A stretch of 64,000 nucleotides of DNA from an uncultured SAR86 cluster bacterium (GCA_902619265.1 CACNDL010000002.1:8505-72504), one strand, 5' to 3'. Shown: positions 28,689 through 37,911, numbered from the stretch's first letter. Notes: generated by a model from the letters alone, not told the origin. Program-made: numbers and translations.

Positions 28689-29531
28689 ATGAGATTCCAA
28701 GGTACAAAAAGCTATATAGCGACAGAAGATCTTAAACTTGCAGTTGATGCATCTTTAAGTTTGGAAAAACCACTTCTTGTAAAAGGAGAGCCTGGCACGG
28801 GGAAAACAATGCTAGCTCTTGAAGTTGCTGAGTCATTAGGTATGCGATTAATTGAGTGGCATATTAAGTCTACAACAAAAGCTTCACAGGGACTTTACGA
28901 GTATGATGCCGTATCACGTTTGAGAGATTCTCAGTTGGGAGATAAGAAAGTAGAGGACATTGCAAATTATATAAATAAAGGAAAATTGTGGGATGCTTTT
29001 ACGGCCGATGAACAAGTTGTTCTGCTTGTGGATGAGATTGACAAAGCTGATATCGAATTTCCAAATGATTTGTTGCAAGAATTAGACCGAATGGAATTTT
29101 ATTGTTATGAATTAGATCAAACAATTAAAGCCAAAAATAGACCGCTTGTAATTATTACCTCAAATAATGAAAAAGACTTACCTGACGCTTTTTTAAGAAG
29201 ATGTTTCTTTCACCACATAGCTTTTCCCGATAGAGATGTACTAGAAAAAATAATTTCAGTACACATTCCTAAAATCAAAAAGAAATTATTGAAAGATGCA
29301 ATGGATATCTTCTTTGATATTAGAAAAGTACCAGGTTTAAAAAAGAAACCATCAACTTCAGAACTGATTGATTGGTTAAAGTTAATTGTTTCAGATGATA
29401 TAGCTCAAGAAGTCATTGCTTCAAAAAATAGTAATCTAGTACCACCATTGTATGGTGCTCTTTTAAAAAATGAGCAGGACGTCGAGCTTCTACAACGTCT
29501 AGCATTCATGACTAGAAGAGAATCTAACTAA
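28689..29531 (+). CDS. MoxR-class AAA+ ATPase (CoxD-like)
   Basis: Walker A GEPGTGKT, Walker B VLLVDEIDKA, ITSNNEKDLPDAFLRRC. 280 aa. TAATG-coupled to the VWA gene. Confidence 0.8.
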   Translation: MRFQGTKSYIATEDLKLAVDASLSLEKPLLVKGEPGTGKTMLALEVAESLGMRLIEWHIKSTTKASQGLYEYDAVSRLRDSQLGDKKVEDIANYINKGKLWDAFTADEQVVLLVDEIDKADIEFPNDLLQELDRMEFYCYELDQTIKAKNRPLVIITSNNEKDLPDAFLRRCFFHHIAFPDRDVLEKIISVHIPKIKKKLLKDAMDIFFDIRKVPGLKKKPSTSELIDWLKLIVSDDIAQEVIASKNSNLVPPLYGALLKNEQDVELLQRLAFMTRRESN

Positions 29532-30712
29532 TGCTTATAAACTTATTTAATACTGTCAGAGCTTATGGTGTGCCTGTCAGCTTAAAGGAATTTTTAGATC
29601 TTTTAAAAGCGCTAGAAAAACAACTTGTTTTTGCTGATTGGAACGATTTTTATTTCTTATCCAGAACAATCTTAGTGAAAGATGAAAAATACTTCGACAA
29701 ATTTGATCGTGCATTTGATGTGTATTTCAGAGGAATTGAAAATATGGATGATGTTTTAAAAATGATCATCCCAGAAGATTGGATTAGAAAAGAATTTGAA
29801 AAGAACTTAACGGCTGAGGATTTAAAAAAGATTCAGGACTTAGGCGGTTTAGAAAAGTTGATGGAAGAATTCAAAAAAAGATTGGAGGAACAAGAAAAAG
29901 AACATCATGGTGGAAATAAATGGATAGGTACTGCAGGCACATCTCCCTTTGGTAATTCAGGAAATCATCCCAACGGAATAAGGGTAGGAGGCAAGTCAAA
30001 TAAAGGTATGGCTGCAAAAGTTTGGGAAGAAAGAAATTATGAAAATCTTGATGATTCACTTCAGTTAGGCACTCGAAATATAAAAATTGCCTTGAGAAAA
30101 CTTAGAAAAATGGCTAGAAAAGGGGAGAACTTCGAATTCAATTTAGATAATACTATCAAGAGTACAGCTAAAAATGCTGGTTATTTAGAATTGGAGTATG
30201 TAAGAGAAAAACTCAATGATATCAATCTAATCGTATTCTTTGACGTTGGAGGGTCGATGGATCCATTTGTGAAGATGTGTGAAGAATTGTTTTCAGCTGC
30301 AAAATCGGAATTTAAAAATCTTGAATACTACTATTTTCATAATTGCATATACGAGTCAGTATGGAAAGACAATTTCAGAAGGAATGAAAATAGAGTTCTC
30401 ACGCAAAGTATTCTGAATAAATTTTCTCCAAATCATAAAATTTTAATCATTGGAGATGCGAGTATGGCTCCTTATGAACTCACTAATGCTGGAGGTAGTA
30501 TTGAACATTGGAACAAAGAATCTGGAGAACATTGGTTAAAAAAGATTCACTCATATTTTCATAAAACTGTGTGGCTAAATCCTGTACATGAAGATCATTG
30601 GGACTATACCTCAACGATAAAAATGATTAACGCCTTGATGGATGAAAAAATGTACCCATTAACTATTAGCGGTATATCAGGAGCAGTTAACCACTTATCC
30701 AAAAGACATTAA
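29531..30712 (+). CDS. VWA-domain protein (CoxE-like partner of MoxR)
   Basis: 393 aa; C-terminal VWA fold with a MIDAS-like VFFDVGGSMDPF (DxGxS variant of DxSxS). Confidence 0.65.
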   Translation: MLINLFNTVRAYGVPVSLKEFLDLLKALEKQLVFADWNDFYFLSRTILVKDEKYFDKFDRAFDVYFRGIENMDDVLKMIIPEDWIRKEFEKNLTAEDLKKIQDLGGLEKLMEEFKKRLEEQEKEHHGGNKWIGTAGTSPFGNSGNHPNGIRVGGKSNKGMAAKVWEERNYENLDDSLQLGTRNIKIALRKLRKMARKGENFEFNLDNTIKSTAKNAGYLELEYVREKLNDINLIVFFDVGGSMDPFVKMCEELFSAAKSEFKNLEYYYFHNCIYESVWKDNFRRNENRVLTQSILNKFSPNHKILIIGDASMAPYELTNAGGSIEHWNKESGEHWLKKIHSYFHKTVWLNPVHEDHWDYTSTIKMINALMDEKMYPLTISGISGAVNHLSKRH

Positions 30713-31623
30713 TGAAAGCCTTAGAAATCAAAAATTTAAAAAAAATTTATGCCAATGAAGTAGTTGCATTAAAAGGCATAGACTTGGTTGTTGAAAGTGG
30801 CGATTTCTTCGCATTATTAGGTCCGAATGGTGCGGGTAAATCGACTACGATAGGTATAATTTCATCCCTAGTTACCAAAGATCATGGATCTATCTCAATT
30901 TGTGGCATTGATATTGATGAAAACTTTCCCCTAGCGAAGTCGAAGCTTGGTGTGGTGAACCAAGAATTCAATTTTTCACAATTTGAAAAAGTAAGAGATG
31001 TGATTATGGCGCAAGCTGGGTATTACGGAGTAGATCCAAAAACAGCTGCAGCAAGAACTGAGGAGTATCTAAAAAAATTAGGCATTTGGGATAAAAGAGA
31101 TGTGTTCATAAGAGAGCTGTCAGGTGGTCAAAAAAGAAGGGTAATGATCATTAAAGCTTTAATTCATAAGCCGGAATTATTAATACTGGATGAGCCAACA
31201 GCTGGCGTGGACATTGAGTTAAGAAGAGGTCTTTGGGATTTTCTGATAGATATTAATAAAGGTGGCACAACTATTATCCTTACTACGCACTATCTTGAAG
31301 AGGCGGAGAATCTTTGTCGAAATATTGCGATTATCGATAATGGCACCATCATTGAAAATACAAAAATGGAACATTTGCTTAAGAAGCTGGAAAACCAAGT
31401 TTTTACAATAGAAACCACTGAAAGCATTCCAGATAATCTTAAAATTGAAGGTTTTAATCTTACTGTTGAAGACAACAATAAATTTTCTGTGATCGTTCCT
31501 AAAGATGTCAGTATGAATAAATTATTTGAAAACGATTCGTTCAAACAGTTAGAAGTGACGAACATTAAGAATCAAACCAATAGACTAGAAGAACTATTTT
31601 TAAACCTCACATCAAAAAAATGA
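30712..31623 (+). CDS. ABC transporter ATP-binding protein (ABC-2/YadG type)
   Basis: GPNGAGKST, LSGGQKRR, LLILDEPTAGVD, TTHYLEEAE. Confidence 0.9.
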   Translation: MKALEIKNLKKIYANEVVALKGIDLVVESGDFFALLGPNGAGKSTTIGIISSLVTKDHGSISICGIDIDENFPLAKSKLGVVNQEFNFSQFEKVRDVIMAQAGYYGVDPKTAAARTEEYLKKLGIWDKRDVFIRELSGGQKRRVMIIKALIHKPELLILDEPTAGVDIELRRGLWDFLIDINKGGTTIILTTHYLEEAENLCRNIAIIDNGTIIENTKMEHLLKKLENQVFTIETTESIPDNLKIEGFNLTVEDNNKFSVIVPKDVSMNKLFENDSFKQLEVTNIKNQTNRLEELFLNLTSKK

Positions 31624-32393
31624 ATCATTTACAGTCCTTGAAAACATTGTCATACGTTCAGGTAAGAAGAATACTTCGGATTTGGATTCAAACAATTATT
31701 CCCCCTGCAATCACCACTGCACTATATTTTTTGATTTTCGGTGAATTGATTGGAAGCAGAATTGGAGAAATGCCTGGTTACGAAGGTCTGACATATTTAG
31801 AGTTTATGGTTCCCGGACTAATAATGTTAGCAGTTATAACCAACTCATACGCTAATGTTGCCTCAGCATTTTTTGGAGCAAAATTTCAGAAAGCTATCGA
31901 AGAAATACTTATTTCACCCATGGCAAATTGGGCAATTCTTCTAGGATTTATTGTAGGCGGTATAGCAAGAGGAGTTTTGGTTGGTGTGGTTGTTGTCTTG
32001 GTAAGCTTATTTTTCACTAATTTTGGTATCAGTAATGTATTTCTAACACTTTTTTCAATTTTATTAACATCAACATTATTTTCAATTTTAGGTTTAATTA
32101 ATGGTGTTTATGCTAAAACTTTTGATGATATCAGCATTGTGCCAACTTTCGTGCTTACTCCACTAATCTACTTGGGCGGCATCTTTTACTCTATAGAAAT
32201 TTTGAGCGATCAGTGGCAATTTTTCTCTAAAATCAACCCGATTCTTTATATTGTGAATTTCTTTAGATATGCAATGCTTGGGACTTCAGAGATTGATCCA
32301 ACACTAGGATTAGTTCTTATTTGTGTTTTCACAGTTGGGTTTTTTGCTTTAGCGTATTATTTGTTACACAAAGGTGTAGGTGTAAAAGATTAA
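31620..32393 (+). CDS. ABC-2 type transporter permease (YadH-like)
   Basis: 257 aa, 6 TM helices, ABC-2 signature region. ATGA overlap with the ATPase gene. Confidence 0.8.
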   Translation: MNHLQSLKTLSYVQVRRILRIWIQTIIPPAITTALYFLIFGELIGSRIGEMPGYEGLTYLEFMVPGLIMLAVITNSYANVASAFFGAKFQKAIEEILISPMANWAILLGFIVGGIARGVLVGVVVVLVSLFFTNFGISNVFLTLFSILLTSTLFSILGLINGVYAKTFDDISIVPTFVLTPLIYLGGIFYSIEILSDQWQFFSKINPILYIVNFFRYAMLGTSEIDPTLGLVLICVFTVGFFALAYYLLHKGVGVKD

Positions 32394-33104
32394 ATGGCAG
32401 GACCACTTGGAAAAAAAGTAGCTGTACCAGATTCCTTCAGCCCAGAAATACTTTTTCCAATTTCTCGTGATAATCAGAGAAGAGACAAAGATCTAATTTT
32501 TGAAAAAGGTATGGATATATGGAATCTTCATGAGATTTTTTGGCTAAATCAGGAAAGTGTTTCCAATCATAACGAACTTTCTATTCAGATCCCCGCAGAT
32601 TCAAAATTCACTGTAGAGTCAAAATCCTTAAAACTTTTTGTAAATTCCTTGATCCATACAAGATTTGAATCACTAAAAGAGGTCACAGATACAATCAAAA
32701 GTCATGTGGAAAATTTAATAGAAACTTCGATCAAAATCAGTGGTATTCACCCTAAAAAGGAGCTAAGCTCTAAAAAAATTATCATAAATTCTGACTTTAG
32801 TCATGCTCCTAAAGTCAGTGAAAATCATGCAATTACTAGATTCTCTGGTTTTCGTTCGCTTTGTCCGGTCACATCACAACCTGATATAGCAGACATATAC
32901 ATTGATGGATCTATAAATCCTGAAGACATAATTAATATTTCCAATTACCTAGGTACATTTTTTGACAAAGAATGTTTTCATGAATTATGTGTTGAATACA
33001 TATTCAGCGATTTAATCAGAGCTGGATACAAAATAAATTCAGTTGAGGGTTATTTCGAAAGAAGGGGTGGAATAGCAATTATACCTGTTAGAACCACCGC
33101 TTAA
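32394..33104 (+). CDS. queF: NADPH-dependent 7-cyano-7-deazaguanine (preQ0) reductase, two-domain type
   Basis: QueF motif ESKSLKLFVNS and catalytic-Cys segment FRSLCPVTSQPD. Confidence 0.8.
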   Translation: MAGPLGKKVAVPDSFSPEILFPISRDNQRRDKDLIFEKGMDIWNLHEIFWLNQESVSNHNELSIQIPADSKFTVESKSLKLFVNSLIHTRFESLKEVTDTIKSHVENLIETSIKISGIHPKKELSSKKIIINSDFSHAPKVSENHAITRFSGFRSLCPVTSQPDIADIYIDGSINPEDIINISNYLGTFFDKECFHELCVEYIFSDLIRAGYKINSVEGYFERRGGIAIIPVRTTA

Positions 33105-33128
33105 ATTTGTTATATAATGCTTTCTCTT

Positions 33129-33219
33129 GGAGAGATGGCAGAGTGGTCGATCGCGCTACCTTGGAAAGGTAGTGAACGTTTGTAGCGTTCCGAGGGTTCG
33201 AATCCCTCTCTCTCCGCCA
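33129..33219 (+). tRNA. tRNA-Ser (anticodon GGA)
   Basis: 91 nt: GGAGAGATGGCAGAGTGGTCGA.., anticodon loop TTGGAAA, long variable arm, GGTTCGAATCCCTCTCTCTCCGCCA. Confidence 0.9.
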
Positions 33220-33356
33220 AAACAGTGAATTTCAAAGAATTTTCTTATAATTTTGTCTGTATATAGATATTATTACTAATAATTGCCTTAAACCCTTGAC
33301 TAAATGGGCGAATCAGGCGATAAATAAAGATTAATATTTAATTAAAGAGGAAAGAT

Positions 33357-36300
33357 ATGACTAAAAGATTACTTTTACTGTTAGTTTCCTTGGGATTCTT
33401 TGGTCTAACATTTGCTGATCAAGAGGTCGACGAAGCTGTCGATGCTGTTGAGGAGCAAGTTATGACTGGAGATGACGAAGATGAAGCCGAGCCAGAAGAA
33501 GTGGTTGTTACGGGTTCTAGAATTGCTAGATCTCAGTACGAGGTTGCTCAACCTATAACCATTATTTATGGCGAGGAGTATGAAAATAAGGGGTATACAA
33601 ATGCCGCGGACGCATTATTTGATGTTCCAGGTATTGGTGTAACAAACTCTCTTACAAACGGTTCAGGCGGAGGCTTTGGTAACCAAAGTCAACTTAGTGT
33701 TGGACAAGCACTCGCTAATAACTTTGGACTAGGATCAGGTAGAACATTGGTTCTCGTTAATGGAAGAAGATTCGTTGGATCTACTTCTCCATTTGGATCT
33801 GGTGGTTCAGGTAACGCCGTTGATATAAACAACATTCCATCCGTCATGATTGATAGAGTTGAGATTGTTAACGCTGGTGGTTCAGCTGTATATGGTTCAG
33901 ACGCTATTGCTGGTGTCATAAACTACGTACTTAGAGATGACTACGAAGGCGCTGCAATGACACTTACATATGATGACTTTGCTGGACTTGCATCTGATAC
34001 ATCATTTCAAGCAGTCTTAGGTGGAAACTTTGCTGATGGCAAAGGAAATATGGTAATGAACTTCCAATATGAAGATATTGGTACCGTTTTTACAAGAGAA
34101 TGGGATAGATATTACGATCGTGATACAGGAACTTGTAATACAAATTTATTACTTAGAACATATGCTGCAGGTAAATCCTACCAAAGACAGTATATTAAAG
34201 CAGGAATGGTTGTCCCTTATACAGCTAACGTAGAAGGTAATCCACAAGTTTCTCAAAGAAACTGTATAACACTTGCTGCTGTTCCAGAAACTGGAAGAGC
34301 TACTTTATACGATTACTCTTTCAAAAATGGTACAAACGGAATTTGGTATCTTGATGGACAATGGCCTGATGGTACTTCATGGCACTTCGGTGGTATTGGT
34401 GACCTTCAACCATATGACGACGGTATAAATTACGGAAGCTCATTCTTCGGTATTGACGGTCAAGATGCTTACAGAAACGATTTCGATACATTAAGAGCTG
34501 GTTTCGAAAGATTGAACTTTAGTATGTTTTCAAACTACGACGTTAATGACAACATGACAATATATTTTGACGTGTTCCATAACGGGTTCTTCTCATTTGA
34601 CTACGGTAATACATCTGGTTATCCATACTCAACTTGGATTTTCGCACCGGGTCAAGATATGCCACCAATCATTGATATTACAAACCCTTACTTAACACAA
34701 AACTCTGTCGATATTATGAATTCGTACGGAGCTACAGAAGTTTATGTACATAAATCACATGTAGATATATTAGGTAAAGGTAACGGTGGATACACAATTG
34801 AAAACAACAACGCAGTGTCTATGTACTCTGTAGGTGTTGAAGGTAGTTTCGATTTAGACGACAACACATTTAACTATGCAGCTGGTTACTCAATTGGTAA
34901 TACAGAAATTTATTCTGATGAGCCAGGCATCATTGGTGCAAGATACGCTGCAGCACTTGATGTTGGTATTAACCCAGCAACAGGTGAAATAGATTGTCGA
35001 ATGAATTATGATCCAACACGTGATCCAGCACTATATGATTACGTTTATGGTCCTCCAAGTTACTTCTTTGGTGATACACTTTATGGTCCTAGCCTTCTAG
35101 GTCAAATCGGTGATTGTAGACCTCTAAACGTATTAGGTAGAGGTGCTCCTTCAGACGAAGCCAAAGATTATATTGGTACAAACTTGAGAACAAATGCTTT
35201 CATTGAGCAAGAAGTTACTTACGGTACTCTTTCAGGTGATCTTTTTGATTTACCAGCTGGTACTGTAAAGGCAGCTTTAGGTTTTGAAGCAAGAGTTGAG
35301 CAAGGACAATATAACTCATCAGCTATCCAAGATCTTGGATTAACAAGATCTGCAGCTAGACCTTCACTTGGTGGTGGTTATGAAGTTGATGCAGATTATT
35401 ACGAAGTTAGTGTTCCACTTATGGGTGGCGATCTAACACTTCCATTTATTGCTTCTTTAGTTGTTGACTACTCATCAAGAACGATCGATAACTCGATTGC
35501 AGGTTCTTATGATGTGGATGCTACATCTTTAAACTGGAGAGTAATGGATGACTTAGCTATTAGGGTTTCAGAGCAAACTGCTGTTAAAGCCCCAGATCTA
35601 GGTGATTTATTCTTGCCACAAATTACTACATTCAGCACAGCTGCTGACCCATGTGACTACAGATACAGAGATGTCGGTAGAAACCCGGAGCAGAGAAGAG
35701 CTAACTGTGATGCGGAAGGTATACCAGTAGATTTCATCTCAAACGTTGTTAACGCGACAGCACAAGGTGTAACTGGTGGTAATCCAAACCTAATCAATGA
35801 GGTTGCAGATACAAAATCAACTGGTCTTGTGTATCAACCATCATGGTGGGGTGATGTACTCTTTGGAGCAGCTTCTTTTGCGGTTGACTACATTGAGATA
35901 GAACTAACAGATTATGTTACTTCCTATTCACTGACTCAGAACATGAATGCTTGTTATGACTATGATACATATCCAAACAGTCAATTCTGTGATTCATTCT
36001 CTAGAGATGCGGAATTCCAGGTAGATGATTTTTCTACTGGTTTAATCAACGCTGGTTTAATTGATTTCGCAACTTACGTTTGGAAAGCAGACTGGGCATT
36101 TGATGTATCAGAATTAGCATCATTCGTATCAAGAGAAAATGTTGCAATGGACTTAGGTTCAATGGCTATCAGATACAGAGCTACTCAAGAAGACTTCTTT
36201 GCGAGTGCAGATTCTGGTGCAGCTGAAGACTTGAGAAGTGCAACAGGACAATTTGGTAACGACGAATGGTTCTATGACACTCAATTTGAGTGGGCATATC

Positions 36301-36593
36301 AAGATTGGTATGTTTACGTTCAAGGTAATTCAAGATCTGGTGGTGTCATTGATATTGATCGTGTATATGACGATGAGTATCTTGGATACGATGGGCAACC
36401 AATCTTTGAATTTGACGGTTACACTTCTTGGAATGGTGGTGTCGGTTACCGAGTCAATGATGGTACAACTCTAAGAGTTAATGTATCAAACCTATTTGAC
36501 TATGACGGTACTGAAGACGACGTCTTTACTCCAGAAGCTGATTTACTATTCTATGGTAGATCTGTAACTGCAAGTATGAACGTTAGATTCTAA
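33357..36593 (+). CDS. TonB-dependent outer-membrane receptor (large, orphan)
   Basis: 1078 aa. Signal peptide, acidic N-terminal stretch, VVVTGSRIARS, LVNGRR, IDRVEIVNAGGSAVYGSDAIAGVINYV, C-terminal ..MNVRF. Confidence 0.9.
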   Translation: MTKRLLLLLVSLGFFGLTFADQEVDEAVDAVEEQVMTGDDEDEAEPEEVVVTGSRIARSQYEVAQPITIIYGEEYENKGYTNAADALFDVPGIGVTNSLTNGSGGGFGNQSQLSVGQALANNFGLGSGRTLVLVNGRRFVGSTSPFGSGGSGNAVDINNIPSVMIDRVEIVNAGGSAVYGSDAIAGVINYVLRDDYEGAAMTLTYDDFAGLASDTSFQAVLGGNFADGKGNMVMNFQYEDIGTVFTREWDRYYDRDTGTCNTNLLLRTYAAGKSYQRQYIKAGMVVPYTANVEGNPQVSQRNCITLAAVPETGRATLYDYSFKNGTNGIWYLDGQWPDGTSWHFGGIGDLQPYDDGINYGSSFFGIDGQDAYRNDFDTLRAGFERLNFSMFSNYDVNDNMTIYFDVFHNGFFSFDYGNTSGYPYSTWIFAPGQDMPPIIDITNPYLTQNSVDIMNSYGATEVYVHKSHVDILGKGNGGYTIENNNAVSMYSVGVEGSFDLDDNTFNYAAGYSIGNTEIYSDEPGIIGARYAAALDVGINPATGEIDCRMNYDPTRDPALYDYVYGPPSYFFGDTLYGPSLLGQIGDCRPLNVLGRGAPSDEAKDYIGTNLRTNAFIEQEVTYGTLSGDLFDLPAGTVKAALGFEARVEQGQYNSSAIQDLGLTRSAARPSLGGGYEVDADYYEVSVPLMGGDLTLPFIASLVVDYSSRTIDNSIAGSYDVDATSLNWRVMDDLAIRVSEQTAVKAPDLGDLFLPQITTFSTAADPCDYRYRDVGRNPEQRRANCDAEGIPVDFISNVVNATAQGVTGGNPNLINEVADTKSTGLVYQPSWWGDVLFGAASFAVDYIEIELTDYVTSYSLTQNMNACYDYDTYPNSQFCDSFSRDAEFQVDDFSTGLINAGLIDFATYVWKADWAFDVSELASFVSRENVAMDLGSMAIRYRATQEDFFASADSGAAEDLRSATGQFGNDEWFYDTQFEWAYQDWYVYVQGNSRSGGVIDIDRVYDDEYLGYDGQPIFEFDGYTSWNGGVGYRVNDGTTLRVNVSNLFDYDGTEDDVFTPEADLLFYGRSVTASMNVRF

Positions 36594-36613
36594 AGTAATC
36601 TTTAATCTTAAAA

Positions 36614-36639
36614 GGGGAAGGAAACTTCCCCTTTTTTTT
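36614..36639 (+). terminator. rho-independent terminator of the TBDR gene
   Basis: GGGGAAG-gaaa-CTTCCCC followed by T8. Confidence 0.8.
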
Positions 36640-36648
36640 ATTCATAAA

Positions 36649-36668
36649 TACTGTATACTTATACAGTA
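36649..36668 (+). promoter_or_regulatory. LexA (SOS) box
   Basis: TACTGTATACTTATACAGTA has a perfect CTGT-N8-ACAG core. It is palindromic except for the central 2 nt, and is very close to the E. coli consensus TACTG(TA)5CAGTA. Confidence 0.7.
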
Positions 36669-36838
36669 TGAAAGAACTTATAAATCATTTTTTAAAGCAA
36701 CCATTGGATAGTGCATATATAGAACGTATTGCATTTCAATATTTTGATTCTGATTATAGATCAGCTGAAATATTCTTAAGCTCGCTAAAAGAAGAAAAAA
36801 ACTATATTAATAACAAAAACTCTTCAATTAATTTCTGA
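36668..36838 (+). CDS. hypothetical 56-aa protein overlapped by the SOS box (possibly leaderless)
   Basis: Own translation: MKELINHFLKQPLDSAYIERIAFQYFDSDYRSAEIFLSSLKEEKNYINNKNSSINF*. The ATG shares its A with the last base of the LexA box. No SD; below the ORF-track length cutoff. Confidence 0.3.
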   Translation: MKELINHFLKQPLDSAYIERIAFQYFDSDYRSAEIFLSSLKEEKNYINNKNSSINF

Positions 36839-37022
36839 AATAAATTAATATTTCCTTAGGTGTCCCACACCCTATTTACGCAGAGAAATTTGGTGTGTTA
36901 GATTAATTCTCAGCCGAAGGAGGTGATCCAAATTAGTATTAAAACAAATTCAGGATTATTAGGAGGTAATTGCTGACACCAATTATGGCCTAAGTCCGAC
37001 ATAAGGTTTTAACTTTATGAAT
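36839..37022 (+). promoter_or_regulatory. unclassified structured leader / ncRNA candidate upstream of eamA
   Basis: Competing GGUGU / ACACC segments at 36859-63, 36866-71, 36892-97 and 36976-80. Long-range stem 36887-96 with 36976-84. AAGGAGGTGATCCAA (36917-31) is a 15-nt complement of the 16S 3' end. A second AGGAGGT lies at 36961-67. Confidence 0.25.
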
Positions 37023-37050
37023 AGCCTCTTTTTATAAGAGGCTTTTTTTT
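37023..37050 (+). terminator. rho-independent terminator 3 nt upstream of the eamA start codon
   Basis: AGCCTCTT-tttat-AAGAGGCT followed by a T-run, then atc ATG (37054). The 3' arm contains the only SD-like AAGAGG available for eamA. Confidence 0.7.
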
Positions 37051-37053
37051 ATC

Positions 37054-37911
37054 ATGAGTACAAGAGATTTTTTAACATTATTATTAGTTTCACTTTTTTG
37101 GGGCGGTTCATTCCTTTTTTTAAGATTGCTTGTCATAGAAGGATTGGAACCATTGCAGATTGTCTCGTTGAGAATGTTATTTGCCGCTATATTTATTGCA
37201 CCTTTTTTTATATTAAAGTTAAAGAAACATTCTTTTTTTGATCATGGATTTCCTATTCTCTTAATAGGTTTATTAAATACAGCGTTACCATTTACATTAT
37301 TTGCATATGCATCTGTGAATTTAGGAGCTGGTTCTTTATCAGTTTTACAAGCAACAGTGCCAATCCTTACAGCATTGCTACTTTTTAGTTTGTACAGAGA
37401 TGAATTTTCTTACATGAAACTTCTAGGTGTTTTAATTGGATTTTCAGGTTTATTTTTACTAGCAGGTCCGTCAGGAGAGTTAGATTTATTTTCTTCAATA
37501 CTTTGTGTTTTTGCCTCAATGTCTTATGCAATATCTGGTGTTTATTTGGCTAATACACCATCTTCAATTAATAATTCTTTTATTGGTATGGGATCACTCA
37601 TTGTGGGTGCCGTATTGCTCTCACCATTTTTATTTGTCTATGGCGAAGCCAATCTATCAATAAGTTCTACATCTTGGCTTTACATTGCAATTCTAGGGAT
37701 AATAAACACATCTTTAGCTTATGTCATATTCATTAAGCTTATAAAAAGAATAGGCTCTTTAAATGCTTCTTTTGTTACATACTTAGTTCCAGTATCCAGC
37801 ATATCTTTAGGGATACTAATTTTAGATGAGGTATTTACACTAGATATGGTAATAGGCTCCGCTTTAATCTTTCTGGGAGTATTCTTTTCGAACAAACAAA
37901 CAACTAAGTAG
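37054..37911 (+). CDS. DMT-superfamily (EamA-like) transporter
   Basis: 285 aa, 10 TM helices, two EamA-type repeats (..LFWGGSFLF.. N-terminus). Confidence 0.8.
   Translation: MSTRDFLTLLLVSLFWGGSFLFLRLLVIEGLEPLQIVSLRMLFAAIFIAPFFILKLKKHSFFDHGFPILLIGLLNTALPFTLFAYASVNLGAGSLSVLQATVPILTALLLFSLYRDEFSYMKLLGVLIGFSGLFLLAGPSGELDLFSSILCVFASMSYAISGVYLANTPSSINNSFIGMGSLIVGAVLLSPFLFVYGEANLSISSTSWLYIAILGIINTSLAYVIFIKLIKRIGSLNASFVTYLVPVSSISLGILILDEVFTLDMVIGSALIFLGVFFSNKQTTK

Noticed and set aside
36917-36931. 15-nt identity to the 16S rRNA 3' end (minus strand reads TTGGATCACCTCCTT), considered as an rRNA gene fragment or operon remnant.
   Set aside because: The flanking sequence bears no resemblance to the conserved 16S 3' region (..GTAACCGTAGGGGAACCTGCGG..). 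I treat it as an SD-like or anti-16S element within a leader instead.
36839-37053. Attempted assignment of the eamA leader to known RNA families (TPP, purine, glycine, glnA/glutamine, c-di-GMP-I/II, guanidine-I/II/III, fluoride, preQ1, SAM-II/V, 6S, tmRNA, SRP).
   Set aside because: No convincing match to the consensus cores I can recall. There were only short chance similarities (e.g. CCGAAGGAGG versus glycine CCGAAGGGGCAA; ACGCAGAG versus GEMM ACGCACAG). The region is left unclassified.
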